A stretch of DNA of 64,000 bases from Eledone cirrhosa. Lineage: Eukaryota. The notes under the pieces were generated by a model that was not told where the DNA came from, did no database searches, and saw nothing but the letters and a program-made list of their open reading frames with translations. The DNA is taken from the NCBI GenBank assembly GCA_964016885.1, contig OZ024744.1, forward strand, positions 88,350,001-88,414,000, in the 5' to 3' direction. Each line of letters starts with the position of its first letter. The stretch's first letter is position 1. Both the position numbers and the translations under genes were made by a program. Positions 11,212 through 26,851 of this stretch are shown piece by piece.

Positions 11212-11452
11212 GATTATTATTATTATTAATGTTGTTGTTGGTGAAGCCACGCTTCTTATCGCCTCCAGTTTTTTTCAACGTTTTACTTCGTTTTCAACCG
11301 TTGCAAACCTTTTATTCAAGTTTTAAATTTGAATAAAGTTTAGAAGAAGTGACCCAACTAATACAGGGGTTCACTCGTAAATAATACGGTACCTTTTTAC
11401 GGGGTGTCGTATTCGTATTTGTGTAAAAATATTCTTTTTGAAAAATTTCAAC

Positions 11453-13535
11453 ATGGATAACACAAGAAAGAGAGAGAGCGCTGTCGGACAACACAGAGAG
11501 AGGGAGACTTTATCAGCATGTCAACAAGACAGCGTTCCAGCGGAGGTAAATATAAACGAAAATATTACAAAGGAAAAGAAGATAGTTACAGATTTAAAAT
11601 TAACAAATATTTCTAACACAAACAACACCAACAATAGCACCAACAACATCACCAACAACAACACCATCAATAACAACAGCAACAACAAAAATAACAGCGG
11701 TAAAGTCGAGAACGACAATAACAAAAATAACAGCAGTAAGGTCGAGAACCACAATAACAATGACAATAACAACAGCCACAACAACAATAATAGTAGGAAC
11801 AGTATCAACAAAAACAACAATAATAACAACAGCCACAATAACAGTAACAACAGCAACAGTATCAACGAAAACAACAACACTACCAACTGTATCAACGAAA
11901 ACAAAAACAATGACACCGATACCTGTAATAGCGATCTCAGCACCACCAGTAAGACCAGTAGCGGCAGCAATAGTGGTGCTGCTGAAAAAGAGACCACTTC
12001 TTTTGCAGGTGTCGCCCGAAATATCGAGACAGTGTTAGTCACAGAGAAGGAGATGGCAGTCGCAAGGGCCAAGAAGCGCAAATAGAGTTTCCCTGAAACC
12101 TCCACCCGATTTTTTCAAGGACCAGCAGCTACGGACGGTGACTTACCGCACCGTAAGCAAAATCTCACATCGAGTGGAGAGAGCCACGGAGGCTCATATC
12201 CAAAAGGCCTTGGGGTTCGTCTGGGCACGCAAAACCCACATCAACCGAAGCAGAAAGTACGCCACAGTAGACGTACTTTTCGCCACCCCCCAGGAAGCAA
12301 AGTCTCACTCTTTGGAAACACTAAAGAGTGAGGAGATTGTCTTGGTGCCCTCCTACTGCGGGCAGAAAATTGAGAGGGTCAAAGTGACCCAGGTCCCACC
12401 CGACAAGCCCATACGTTGGCTGGCCGCGTCTGTCCTTGCTGGAATTGAGAACAGGACGACCATGCCGCAAGTAGAAAAATAGAGAGAGATAACTGGTCAG
12501 GTATAGGCATGCAAATGCTTATACAAACTGACCAGGAAAGTATCGACGCTATCTCCGATATCATAGACATCGAGGAAGGACTCCAACTCCCTATAAGTGT
12601 AGAAGGTAGACGGCCAAAATGTTATCTCTGTGGGTCGAAGGGTTACCTCAGGGCCTTTTGCCCGCAGAAGACAGCGAAGAAGGCCCCTCTCCTTCCAATA
12701 CCTGGTCCGCTGCTACCAAGAGCAGGGCAGGCAACAAATGAAGAAGCCCCTTCCACGGTGAATAGGAGGGCAACGTCCGTAGCACCCGTACCAAGGCCAC
12801 GTACAACTAAAGCAGCATCATCAGTGACGGCAACACCAATAGCTACATTTGAAGTAGCTAGACCAGCAACAAAATTGCCGAAGAGGGTCCACTACCACCA
12901 CCACCAACAGCCGTGGAGAACATACCCCTCCCACACGCCACAGAATCCGACATGGAGTTTGAGGCGGGCGTGAAGTAGCAAACGATCTGCCACAAAAAAC
13001 AAAAAACAAAAAAACCCTTAGATTCACCCTCCAAAAGCGAAGGCATACAAAGAGGGGTAAAGGCAGCAAGGAAACTTGCAGCAACACCACCATCACCACC
13101 ACAAGCACCATTGACAACAACAAACACACCACCACCAGCAACACCAAAAACACCAACAACGCAAACACAACAAGACACACACACCAAACAGCAACAAGAA
13201 GAAAACAGCAACAAAATCACCCCTCCCCCTAAAAAGTACACAGCCATAAACATGGCAAAAAAAAAGAACTCATACAATATATAAAGCAGCACACATACAT
13301 CACAGAAAAAAACTACTACACCCCACCAACACCAAGAACTCTCCCGACAAACATAAGCATCACCGAAATCTCAATAGAACAGTACAAACCTTTCAAACAA
13401 AAATTCCCCAACGCAGTTGGAGACTTCAGAGGGTCGGTTACCAAAAGGATATATACTGACATCCTCTTGGAAACACCCATGACCAGCGAAAGGGACGGTT
13501 CTACTGTCCCTTCACCACACGAACAAGGTAAGTGA
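11453..13535 (+). pseudogene. Tx1 ORF1 (gag-like, CCHC knuckle), disrupted
   Basis: Fragments 11438-12085, 12138-12482 and 12509-12973 align with the copy 2 ORF1; motif CYLCGSKGYLRAFC; stops and frameshifts present. Confidence 0.85.
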
Positions 13536-13567
13536 CCCTTTCTCACTTGCCCCGTTTCTCATTCAAC

Positions 13568-16500
13568 ATGGCCATACTCAGAATAGGCAGTATAAATGCA
13601 CGTGGCCTGGGGTCATCTTGGAAGCAGGGTCAGCTGCTCAACGACCTCAGGTCCCTAAACATAGATGTGGTGGCCATCAGTGAAACCGGAATCTCTGAAG
13701 CACAAGCCTTTGCATCGATCTTCGGCGGCTACGATGTATACGCATCTCCCAGCCGTCCAGGATCGGAGGAGGGGTCGCCGTCCTTTTTCAGAGAGGCTTG
13801 GATTTCGCGATACGGGCCATCTTCCTAGACCCAGAAGGTAAGTCGGTGGTGCTGGACGTGACCGGTAGCGAAGGCAATGCTTTCAGGCTAGTAGCCGTCT
13901 ACGCCCCAACAGGGGCAGGACGGCCAGATTTCTTCAGACGTCTAGAGACCTTTCTTGGAACTTCCCGCTCTTTAGTGGTAGTGGGCGACTGGAACGGTAT
14001 CTTGGATGCACGCTGGGATCGTGTGGGGCTAGTGGATAGGGGAGGAGGGTGCAAGATCCTCACCAACCTGCTCAGACGTTTTGAATTGTCTGACAGGTAT
14101 CGACTGGATCACCCAAATGTGCCAATGTGGACATGGACAGACCGGATTAACGTATTAGTTAAGCGGGCGTTGACGGGAGCGATCGTCAACAACAGGTGGT
14201 GGTTCGCCCTGAAAAGGGCAATCAAATCGATTAGGTTTAGCAAAGGAGTAGTGATAGAGGAAAATAGAGTAGAGGGAGAGCTAGTCAGAAAGCTAGAAGA
14301 GGCGTTTAGGACAGGCATCGCAACCGACGTGCTTGCGGCGAAATTGGCACTCGACTAATTCTTCAACGCAAAACACGAAGGCTGCGTTGTCAGAGCTAGA
14401 GCGCGTGCTCTGAAACACGAGGGGACAAAAGCCGTCCAATGGGCCCGGGTGGCAGAGGCAATACGTGGCAACAAAGCCACAATTCGGTCTTTGTCTGACC
14501 AAAACGGATGCGTGATGCTCGAACACAAACGGATGTGTGAAGCTTTTCAGCAGCACTTTGCTGAACTGTTCGGGAGCGGCGGCGGCCCGGATCGGGGCAT
14601 GGACTTCAGTGCACACCTCGACGGACTGCCTCGGCTCTCGACGACCGCTGCACAGTGTTGCGAAAAGCCAATAACAGCCGGTGAAATACGGGAAACGATG
14701 GCTAACTGCACAAGGGGTAAATCGCCAGGTTTGGATAGTCTGCCTTACGAGCTTTATGCATTTATGCCAGATTGGTCGGTGACCTCTTGGCAGACGTCTA
14801 CTGCAACTGGCAGCAGAACGGGAGCATTCCCAGTTTTGTGAGCCGGGGAGCAGTGGCGCTGCTGAGAAAAGACCGGAACAAGGGGGATGTTATCGATCAT
14901 TTCAGGCCCATAGCCCTGCTAAACGCAGAGTTCAAGATTTTGGCCAAGGTGTTAGCAACGAGGTTGGCGCTTGTCGTCAAGGGTCTGGTGGGAGAGGTGC
15001 AGACATGCGCCATTCCGGACAGATCCATACACGACAACCTCCACCTCATGCGATACATCATAGAGAGGGTGGTTAAGGAACCTGGCAAGGGTGGGGCCCT
15101 GATCAACTTGGATCAATCCAAAGCATTCGATAGGGTCGACCATCAGTACCTGGCGGCGGTCCTCGAGGCAGCCGGTTTCGGGCCCGTTTTCAGGGGTTGG
15201 ATCGCAGCAATGTACAACGACATCTGCTCAGTTGTGAGGGTGAACGGTCACCTGTCGCAGCCGTTCAGCATCATGCGCTCAGTCCGCCAGAGTTGTCCCC
15301 TCTCGTCCCTCTTGTACGTATTGGCTCTCGAGCCGTTACTGCACAAACTGGAGGCGATGAGGGGCGTCCCACCCGAACTAGGATTCGGGAAATCCGAGTC
15401 GGCTTACACTGACGACGTCACCGTGGTGGTGTCGAGCACCAGACACGTCCAGATGCTCGGCACCGCTCTCCAGGAATACGAAGCGGTGACAGGAGGAAAG
15501 ATGTACCAGGAAAAGTCGATGGGCTTGCAGCTCGGCACCTGGAGAGGCAAGTCCATGCCGTCCGACAGCGTCGTGGGGCGTTGGACGGACGGACCGGTTA
15601 AATTGCTCGGGATCTGGTTCGGACCGGACCTCCAGATGGAGAAAAACTGGAACGAGGTGACGAGCAGGGTGGCCTCCCTCACCCAGAAATGGGCTGAGAG
15701 GAAGCTGTCCCTGAAAGGCCGGGCGGAGGTGGCGAATGCGTTCATCGCATCCGTCATCTGCTACTGCCTCACCGTCGTCCCTTGCTCCAGCCCAGCTCTC
15801 ACCAAAATGGAGAGCCTCCTCTTCCGCTTTTTGTTGAAGGGACGCGCTCCCATGGTCAGACGATCCATCTGCTGTCAACACCCGTTGCGTGGAGGACTGG
15901 GCATTCCATGGTTGATGATGCGCAAACATGCGCTGAGGCTGCGACATCTCTGGTGCTTCTTTGATGGTGAACAGGTGTGGTCACCGTTCGCCAGGCACGT
16001 TTTCCCACAGCTCGTCTCCTTGACAGAGCTGCAGTCCTAGGTCAGAAAAATACCGAGGGATAGCGCTTGGAAACTGGAATGTCTCCAGGCGCTCACTGCC
16101 CTCTGCCAGTTGGGCACCAGTATCGGTGGAAGATCCACCTCGGCGTTCTATAGAGGACTAGTGGAGGGGAAGAGCGACGACATTCTAGGAGAGATCCTGG
16201 GCGTCGAAGATGATCAGCTGTTTGCTCTCTTCCAGAGAACTTTCATCCCGGGGCCTATGGATATCTTCCAAAAATCCCTGGCCTCGCAGTGCTACCGGGG
16301 AGCGCTGCAGGTTCGAGATAAGCTCTACAGGCAAGGAAGTGCCGCCAGCCGAGCCTGTCCTAGATGCGCGCAGAGAGACGAAACCGTCGTGCACGCACTC
16401 GTTCAGTGCCCGAGCATTGCTGACTTGTGGAGCTATGTCGAACAGATGCTGTCGCGTGTGGGACTGATGCAGTTGTCGACTGAGTCCATTGTGCAGATGG

Positions 16501-16790
16501 TCTCGCCGTCTTCCTTCGAGGAGGAAGGGCAGGCGGTTTTCATCAGCCTGGCCATGGCGAAAGGGATTGTGTGGTGGACAAGGTTAAACGGGTTAAAGAC
16601 AAACACTTTCCTCTTCGGCGAATCCCTAATTAACTTTTTCAAGTTTCACTTGAAGAGGAAAATCAGGGTGGAGAGGCAAGTGCTGCCTTCTAGCAAGTTT
16701 GTTGAAAGGTGGGTGAATGTAGCGAGAATGGACCGAGTGAACGGGACCTCTCTGAATATACGTCTGCAGTTTGCGAGATGGAAAAATTGA
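13568..16790 (+). pseudogene. Tx1 ORF2 (APE endonuclease + RT + C-terminal Cys motif), disrupted
   Basis: RIGSINARGL, VAISET, VYAP, GDWN, KSPGLD, FRPIALLN, LDQSKAFDRVDH, VRQSCPLS, YTDD, CPRC...ETVVHALVQC. About 200 bp is deleted from the EN relative to copy 2 near 14139. Confidence 0.92.
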
Positions 16791-17069
16791 GAGAGGGCGC
16801 TTGCCCTGGTGGTCAGGGTGTCCGTGGTCTTTTGTGTGGTTTTCGCCACGAGTAACCCTCGGAGGTTTCCCCCTATTGGGGAATTTTTCATTGTTTCAAT
16901 TTTCATTTTTATTGTTTATATATATATATGTTTCTATGTCCTTTTTCTTCTTTTCTTATATAAATAATAAAAATATTTACACGCACAAAACCCACATCGT
17001 ACCGTCATGTACCGTCCTGTGCCGTCTGTAATGTTTTTCTTGATGTCAGCCCTTGTGGCCAATAAAGAA

Positions 17070-17108
<39 letters not shown>

Positions 17109-17324
17109 GAATGCTATGGTTGACGGAAGCTCGGCTCTGTAAGGTATTGTAAATTTTGAACGCTATAACAATTGTAAATTGTTTAAAACTTTAACGAACT
17201 TGTAGACAAAAAAAACCCTCCTCCTCGTGAGAGGGGTCTTTCTGCCCGTTATTTGGCCCTTCGGGGTTAAATAACTGCTTATTGGGGTTTTGTGCCCAAT
17301 ATTTATTTTAAACAAAAAAACAAC

Positions 17325-18887
17325 ATGGCTACGAAAAAGAATTTTCATAGGTCACTCCCACTCATTCCGTCTTCTTCTTCCTCAATCATCACTACAGCAG
17401 AGAGAAGATTGTCTCTCTCCCTCCCTTCTTTAAATGTGACTCTCTCCCTCCCTTCTCTTTCGCAAGCGACGACAGAAAAGAAAAGTCTCGTGCAAAGCGT
17501 GCAAGATTTCTCCACGACGACGACGACAATGACGAAACAGGTGTGCGGGAAATACGAAAACCCATTTCATTCGTCTGACGTCAGGAATAATAGAAGTAGC
17601 AGCCGTAATAACAACAGCAACAGTGACAATGAAAACAACAGTAGCAGCCGCAACAGCATCACCAGCAGCATAAACAACAACAGCATTAGCAGCAGCAGCA
17701 ACACCAACAACAACCACAGCAACAGCGGCGGAGGCAGTAGTCGTAGTACCTGCAGCAACAACAAAAGTAACAGCAGCTCTGACGACAACAACAGCAGCAA
17801 AGAAAAACCAATTTCGTTTGCAGGTATCGCGAAGAACCTGGAAACAATCCTCATAACAAATGAGGAATTAGAGGAAGCGAAGAAGATGGTGACAAAGACT
17901 GGACACCGAGCAATCTGCAAGGCAGCGGAAACATTTTTCGAAACCCAACAACACTGTACGGTCACGTACCGTACAGTAAGTACAAAATCCCGTAGGGTTG
18001 AAAGAGCCACAGAGGCGCAAATACAAAAAGCCTTGGGGTCTGTGTGGCAGCGGAAAACGCACATCACCCGAGGCAAAAAATATGCCACCGTAGACGTACA
18101 TTTTGCCACACCCCAGGAGGCAAAGGCTCAATCCGTAGTGACCCTAAGGAGCGAAGAAATGGTGTTGGTGTCCTCCTACTGCGGGCGAAAAATTGTGAGG
18201 GTCAAACTGACCCACGTCCCTCCCGGCATGGCCCCTTCTTGGCTGGCCGCGTCTGTCCTCGTCGGAATCGAGGACAAAACAACTGTACTGCAAGTACAGA
18301 AAAAAGTAAGAGAAGATTGGGTCGGCTCCTCCATTGAGATGCTAATCCAAACCAACCAGGAGTGCATCGAAGATATCCCGGATGTGATAGACTTCGATAA
18401 CGGCACTCAACTGCCCATAAGTGTTGAGGGCAAACGCCTGAAATGCTTTCGCTGTGGATCGAAGACTCACCTCAGGGCCTTCTGCAACGAGAAGACCATG
18501 AGAAAGGAGAAAACCCCCCTCCTTCCGAAACCGGCTCCACGGCTACCAGCAACAGGACAAGCGGCAACCAGGAACGATAGGTCCGTGGCATCCATACCCA
18601 CGCCACGGAAATCAAAAACAGCAGCAGCAGTGAAAATATTAACAACAAGAACAACAATACCAAATGCAGCTGCAACAGAGACTCCAGTGCAAACATCACC
18701 AACAACAAGTGAAAGAGTGGAGCTGGTACCCCCCCGACCTCACAGAATCAGCCAACAACACCTTCACCACCACCACCACAAGCACCAACATCGCAAACAC
18801 ATCAACAAAACACACACACCCAGCAACAACGACAAGAAAATAGCAGAACCACACCCCACCCCCAGAAAAACAAATGCACGGCAATAA
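17325..18887 (+). CDS. Tx1 ORF1 (Ser/Asn-rich N-terminus, CCHC knuckle CFRCGSKTHLRAFC, Pro/Thr/His-rich tail)
   Basis: Long open frame with C-x2-C-x4-H-x4-C. The C-terminal part probably continues after a frameshift in the 18908 frame (KFPNAVGDFR is shared with copy 1). Start codon uncertain. Confidence 0.8.
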   Translation: MATKKNFHRSLPLIPSSSSSIITTAERRLSLSLPSLNVTLSLPSLSQATTEKKSLVQSVQDFSTTTTTMTKQVCGKYENPFHSSDVRNNRSSSRNNNSNSDNENNSSSRNSITSSINNNSISSSSNTNNNHSNSGGGSSRSTCSNNKSNSSSDDNNSSKEKPISFAGIAKNLETILITNEELEEAKKMVTKTGHRAICKAAETFFETQQHCTVTYRTVSTKSRRVERATEAQIQKALGSVWQRKTHITRGKKYATVDVHFATPQEAKAQSVVTLRSEEMVLVSSYCGRKIVRVKLTHVPPGMAPSWLAASVLVGIEDKTTVLQVQKKVREDWVGSSIEMLIQTNQECIEDIPDVIDFDNGTQLPISVEGKRLKCFRCGSKTHLRAFCNEKTMRKEKTPLLPKPAPRLPATGQAATRNDRSVASIPTPRKSKTAAAVKILTTRTTIPNAAATETPVQTSPTTSERVELVPPRPHRISQQHLHHHHHKHQHRKHINKTHTPSNNDKKIAEPHPTPRKTNARQ

Positions 18888-19249
18888 ATACACACAACAA
18901 GAAACTAATGACTTACATAATTGAACACACAGACATTTCACAACACGACTACATAATACCAGCACCAATCAAAACGCCAACTAACATAAGACTGCTAAAA
19001 ATAGCACAGAAACAATACACAAACATTAAAACGAAATTCCCCAACGCAGTTGGTGATTTCAGGGACCTAGGAGGAACTATCAATCGAAGAGTATATTCGG
19101 ACATACTCATAGAAGAGCCGACGACCAGCCGAAGGGACGATTCAACGGTCCCTTCACCAGACGATCAAGTGAAAAGGGATAAAAACCATCCCTCCTCTAC
19201 GAAAAGTACGGTAAGTGGTCTTTCCCATCTTTTCAAATCTATTTTAAAC

Positions 19250-22200
19250 ATGACCTCACTCAGAATAGGCAGCATAAATGCGCGTGGCTTGGGGTCGTCA
19301 TGGAAGCAGGGTCACCTGCTCAACGACCTCAGGTCACTAAACATAGATGTAGTGGCCATCAGCGAGACCAGAATCTCCGAAGCACGGGCCTTCGTACCGA
19401 TCTTAGGCGGCTACGATGTGTACGCATCTCCCAGCCGTCCTGGATCGGGGGGAGGAGTTGCTGTGCTTTTTCGGAGAGGTTTGGATCTCGCCATACGGGC
19501 CATCTTCCTGGACCCAGAGGGTAAGTTTGTGGTGCTGGACGTGACCAGCGGAGACGGGCAAGCTTTCAGGCTAGTGGCCGTCTATGCCCCGACAGGAGCA
19601 GGGCGGCCCGATTTCTTCCGGCGTCTGGAGACCTTTCTTGGAACGTCCCTCTCTTTAGTGTTAGTGGGCGACTGGAACGGGATCTTAGATGCACGCTGGG
19701 ACTGTGTGGGATTAGCGGATAGGGGTGGAGGGTGCAAGAGCCTCACCAACCTGCTCAGGCGTTTTGAACTGTCTGACAGGTACCGATTGGATTTCCCGAA
19801 TGTGCCAATGTGGACTTGGACAAATCGTATAGGGTCATCCAGATCATATCTAGATAGAGTATTTTGTAGGGAAATAGATAGGTCTAGCATAATCTGTCCA
19901 CAATTCAAGATAGTCAGCTACACGGACCACAAATTCGTGATCTGTGTGCTTGACTTAGATAGGCTTCATAGACGAAGACCCGGCTACTGGAAGCTAAACG
20001 CGTCCTTACCAGCGCGCAAGGCCTACAGAGACCGGATTAGCGAACTAGTTAAGCGGGCGTTGACGGGGGCCATCGTCAACAACAAGTGGTGGTTTGCTCT
20101 GAAAAGAGCGATTAGAATAGAATCGATTAGGTTTAGTAAGGCTTTAGCAATAGAGAAAAATAGAACAGAGGGAGAACTAGTTAGAAAATTAGACGAGGCG
20201 CTTAGCAAAGGAATTGCGACCGACGTGCTTGCGGCGAAATTGGCTCTTGACCAATTCTTCAATACAAAGCACGAAGGCTGCGTTGTCAGAGCTAGGCTGC
20301 GTGCTCTCAGACACGAGGGGACGAAAGCCGTTCAATGGGCCCGAGTGGCGGAGGCGCGTCGTGGCAACAAAGCGACGATCCGGTCTTTGGTGGACCACGA
20401 CGGGCGCAATATACTCGATCCCGGGCAAATGTGTGAAGCTTTTCAGCGACACTTCGCTCAGCTGTTCGGGGGCAGCGGTGGGCCGGGTTGAGGGATGGAC
20501 TTTAGTGTCTACCTCGACGGACTGCCGCGACTATCGGCCACTGAGGCGAAGTGTTGCGAAAAGCCGATAACAGCCGCTGAAGTAAGGGAGGCAATGACTG
20601 GCTGCACAAGGGGTAAATCGCCTGGTTTGGATGGTCTGCCCTATGAACTTTACGTACAGATGCCAGACTTGTTCGGAGGCCTCTTGGCGGACGTCTACTG
20701 CAACTGGCAACAGAACGGGAGAATTCCCAGTTCTGTGAGCGGAGGAGCGGTGGCACTGCTGAGAAAGGATGCAAACAAGGGGGATAACATAGAAAATTTT
20801 AGGCCCATAACTCTGCTAAACACAGAGTTCAAGATTTTGGCCAAGGTGCTAGCAAAGAGGTTGGCGCTTGTCGTTGGTGGTCTGGTGGGAGAGGCGCAGA
20901 CATGCGCCATTCCCGACAGATCCATCCACGACAACCTCTACCTCATGCGATACATCGTAGGGAGGGTAGCTAGGGAACCTGGCACGGGTGGGTCCTTGAT
21001 CAATTTAGATCAGTCGAAAGCTTTCTATAGGGTCGACCATCGTTACCTAGCGGCAGTCCTGAGGGCGGCTGGCTTTGGGCCCGTCTTCAGAGGCTGGATC
21101 GCTGCCATGCACAGCGACATCTGCTCTGTGGTGAGAGTGAACGGTCACCTTTCGGAACCGTTCAAAATCATGCGCTCGGTCCGCCAAGGATGTCCCCTCT
21201 CGTCCCTCTTGTACGTATTGACTCTCGAGCCATTATTGCACAAACTGGAGACGTTGAGGGGAGTCCCGCGCGAACTAGGATGCGGAAGATCCGTGTCAGC
21301 ATATGCGGACGATGTCACCGTAGTGGTGTCGAACGCCAAACACATCGAGGCGATCGGCACTACACTAAGAGAGTACGAAGCGGTGACAGGAGCAATGATC
21401 AACCAGGAAAAGTCAGTGGACCTGCAGTTCGGCACCTGGAGAGGCAGGTCCATGCCGTCCAACAGCGTCGTCGGACGCTGGACGGACGGACCGGTTAAAT
21501 TGCTAGGGGTCTGGTTCGGTCCGGACCTCCAGACGGACAAAAACTGGGACGAGGTGACGAGCAGGGTGGCTTCTCTCACCCAGAAATAGGCGGAGAGGAA
21601 GCTATCCCTGAAAGGTCGAGCGGAGGTGGCTAACGCGTACATCGCGTCTGTCGTCTGCTACCGCTTGACCGTCGTACCTTGTCCTAAGCCTCGCCTGACT
21701 GCGCTGGAGCGTTTGCTCTTTCGCATTTTGTGGAAGGGACGCGCTCCGATGGTCAGGCGGTCCATCTGTTGTCAACACCCGCTACGTGGATGGCTGGGCA
21801 TGCCGTGGCTGATGATGCGCAGGCACGCGCTCAGGCTACGACATCTCCACCTCTTCCTCGACGGTGATCAGGTGTGGTCGCCGTTTGCTAGACACGTATT
21901 TCCCCAGCTCGTTTCCTTGACGGAGCTGCAGTCCTGGGTCAAGCGAAGACCGAGAGGGAGCGCCTGGAGACTGGAATGTCTTCAGGCGCTCACAGCCCTC
22001 GACCAATCGGGCAATGTGATCGGTGGAAACTCCACCTCGGCGTTCTATATAGGATTAGTGGGGGGAAGAGCGACGACGTACTTGGGGAAACTCTAGGCGT
22101 CGACGAAAATCAACTAACCAATCTCTTCGGAAGAACTTTCGGGCCGGGGCCTATGGACAATTTCCAGAAATCTCTGGCCTTGCAGTGCTACCGAGGAGCC

Positions 22201-22668
22201 TTGCCAGTTCGGGATAAACTCTACAGGCATGGAGGTGCCGTCAGCCGGGCATGTCCGAGATGCGCGCAGGGTGACGAAACCGTCCTGCACGCACTCGTCC
22301 AGTGTCCGAAAATTGCTGACTTGTGGGTTTATGTCGAACACCTGCTGTCGCGTTTAGGATGGATCCGGCTATCATCTGAGTCCATCGTGAGGATTGCCCT
22401 GCCCTCCTCCTTTAGCTGGGAAGGGCAGGCAGTTTTTATCTGTCTTGTGGCCATGGCGAAAGAGATAGTATGGTGGACACGTTTGAAAGGGCTGAAGACG
22501 AGCACTTACCTCTTTGGTGATGCTCTGATTAACTTTTTCAAATTTCATTTGAAAAGGAAAATCAGAGTAGAGAGGGAAGTGCTCTCTTCCCAGCATTTTG
22601 TTGAAAGATGGGTGAGAGAAGCAAGAATGGCCCGAGTGAATGGGCCTACTCTGAGTATATATCTGTAA
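19250..22668 (+). pseudogene. Tx1 ORF2 (APE + RT), two in-frame stops and one frameshift
   Basis: MTSLRIGSINARGL, SYLDRVF, YTDHK, GYWKLN, KSPGLDGLP, VRQGCPLS, YADDVT, CPRC. TGA at 20489, TAG at 21587, frameshift near 22060. Confidence 0.93.
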
Positions 22669-22928
22669 ATTAAAGGTGGAAAACTGGGAGAGGGCACTTG
22701 CCTTGGTGGTCAGGGTCATTGTGGCTTTTTACTGGGCTTTCTCCACAAATGTCCCTCCGAAGTCTCCCCCCTATTGGGGAATTTTTCATTGTTATTTTCA
22801 TTGTTATTTTTTGTTACATCCTCTGTTTTTGTTTTTTACACGCAGAAATGCCCATTTGTACCGTCCTGCATTGTCCTGCACTGTCCTTAATGTCTACTTT
22901 ATGTAAACCCTTGTGGTTAATAAAGAAA

Positions 22929-22987
<59 letters not shown>

Positions 22988-22989
22988 TA

Positions 22990-23054
<65 letters not shown>

Positions 23055-23083
23055 TAGATATAATAATATATATATATATATAT

Positions 23084-23480
23084 AATAAATGTAATTTGAG
23101 ATTTTCGAATATTAATAATAGTATTCGATTCGTCTGCAATTATGCAAACAAGCCTCAATTTTATAGCAATGCTAATATGCAGATCTGACTGATCAGCCAG
23201 TCTGCTTATATGCAAATCATGTCGATTAGTTACTGTGTATTTTTGAAAATACCATATATTTTCACTAGCTCTGAGAGTTTGGCAGGTGAACAGTGAGCTG
23301 TACTGATGAAGGGTGATACCCAGAAACATTAGTGTCTGCAGTTCTGTTCGCATGCCAACACAAGTGCAAGAATTAAGGGTTCATTCTACTGACATGGCTA
23401 TAAAATTGATGATTGTATTCATAATTGCAAACGAATCGAATGTTATTATTAATATTCGAAAAAATCATTACATTTATTGT
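23084..23480 (+). mobile_element. Inverted-repeat-bounded non-coding element carrying a hammerhead
   Basis: About 85-bp imperfect inverted repeats (23084-23168 and 23397-23479). Related fragments at 38220-38348 and 41960-42045. Confidence 0.7.
23295..23344 (+). ncRNA. Type I hammerhead ribozyme
   Basis: gagctgta-CTGATGA-a gggt gat accc a-GAAA-ca ttag tg-TC^tgcagttc. Stem I 8 bp including G-U pairs; GUC cleavage triplet. Confidence 0.8.
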
Positions 23481-23513
23481 ATTCAGCCATGTAGAGCGAA
23501 ATTTTCTTTTTAT

Positions 23514-23568
<55 letters not shown>

Positions 23569-23573
<5 letters not shown>

Positions 23574-23794
23574 CGAATGTATTGGATATTTTGCAATATA
23601 CCGTATGTTTAATTAAAATCATAAACGCATAAACGCCAAGCAGCGAGAAACAGCTCTCAGCCATTCTCCCAGCCTTTGCCGAAAATATAAGAAAGTGACA
23701 TAGACACTTCTTTAAAACTCATAGCGAATGGTCTTCCAAATGTTTTTATTCAAACATACAGTATATTGCCAAATATACTATACACACATTCATG
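23569..23794. mobile_element. MITE with the same terminal inverted repeats as the 44.4-45.1 kb palindromes
   Basis: ATGAA...TATTTTGCAATATACCGTATGTTTAATTAAAA versus TTTTTATTCAAACATACAGTATATTGCCAAATA...ATTCAT. Confidence 0.65.
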
Positions 23795-24318
23795 TATATC
23801 GCTATTTCAGAGCACCACTAGTAATATATATATGTGTGTGTGTGTGTATGTGTGTATGAGGTTGATTTTGCCTTTCATCCTTACGGGGTCGATAAAATAA
23901 AGTACCAGTAATGCACTGGGTAGTTGCTGGCCTTGTGCCTAAAGTAGAAACAATTATTATTATTATTATTATTATTATACTTGGGGAGAGTCATATTGTT
24001 GTAATAATACTAATACTACTAATACTGTAATACTAATGCATTCACACATATTGTTGTAATAACAGAGAACACTCACTGTTTGGTTGGTTTTCGCTTCTGC
24101 CTCTTTTATATATCCATAGTTAATTTATTTGGACATCAATGTTTATCAGTGACTGACCAACGGTCAAAAATACAGATATAAATATATATATATTTAGTCT
24201 ATCAAAGTTCTTTCGTTGCACATCTGCAGCATCATCAGTGGTACTATTATCATGTTTCCTCCTATTGTGTCGTGTTTACGCCATTTTTCATATATATATA
24301 TATATATATTCATTTTTC

Positions 24319-26445
<2,127 letters not shown>

Positions 26446-26465
26446 CATACATAGATATATATACA

Positions 26466-26851
<386 letters not shown>

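Larger units (their letters stand above)
11227..17072 (+). mobile_element. Full-length, degenerate Tx1/L1-clade LINE (copy 1)
   Basis: 5' end resembles that of copy 2. Asn-rich ORF1 with zinc knuckle, APE and RT ORF2, 3' UTR ending AATAAAGAAATC-(ATT)n. Confidence 0.93.
17109..22931 (+). mobile_element. Full-length Tx1/L1-clade LINE (copy 2), few lesions
   Basis: Starts right after the (ATT)n of copy 1; ORF1 plus ORF2; ends AATAAAGAAATC-(ATT)n at about 22931. Confidence 0.95.

Noticed and set aside
11521-12105. Leu/Val-rich membrane-like antisense ORFs over the LINEs
   Set aside because: Shadow frames of the (AAC)n-rich ORF1 and GC-rich ORF2.
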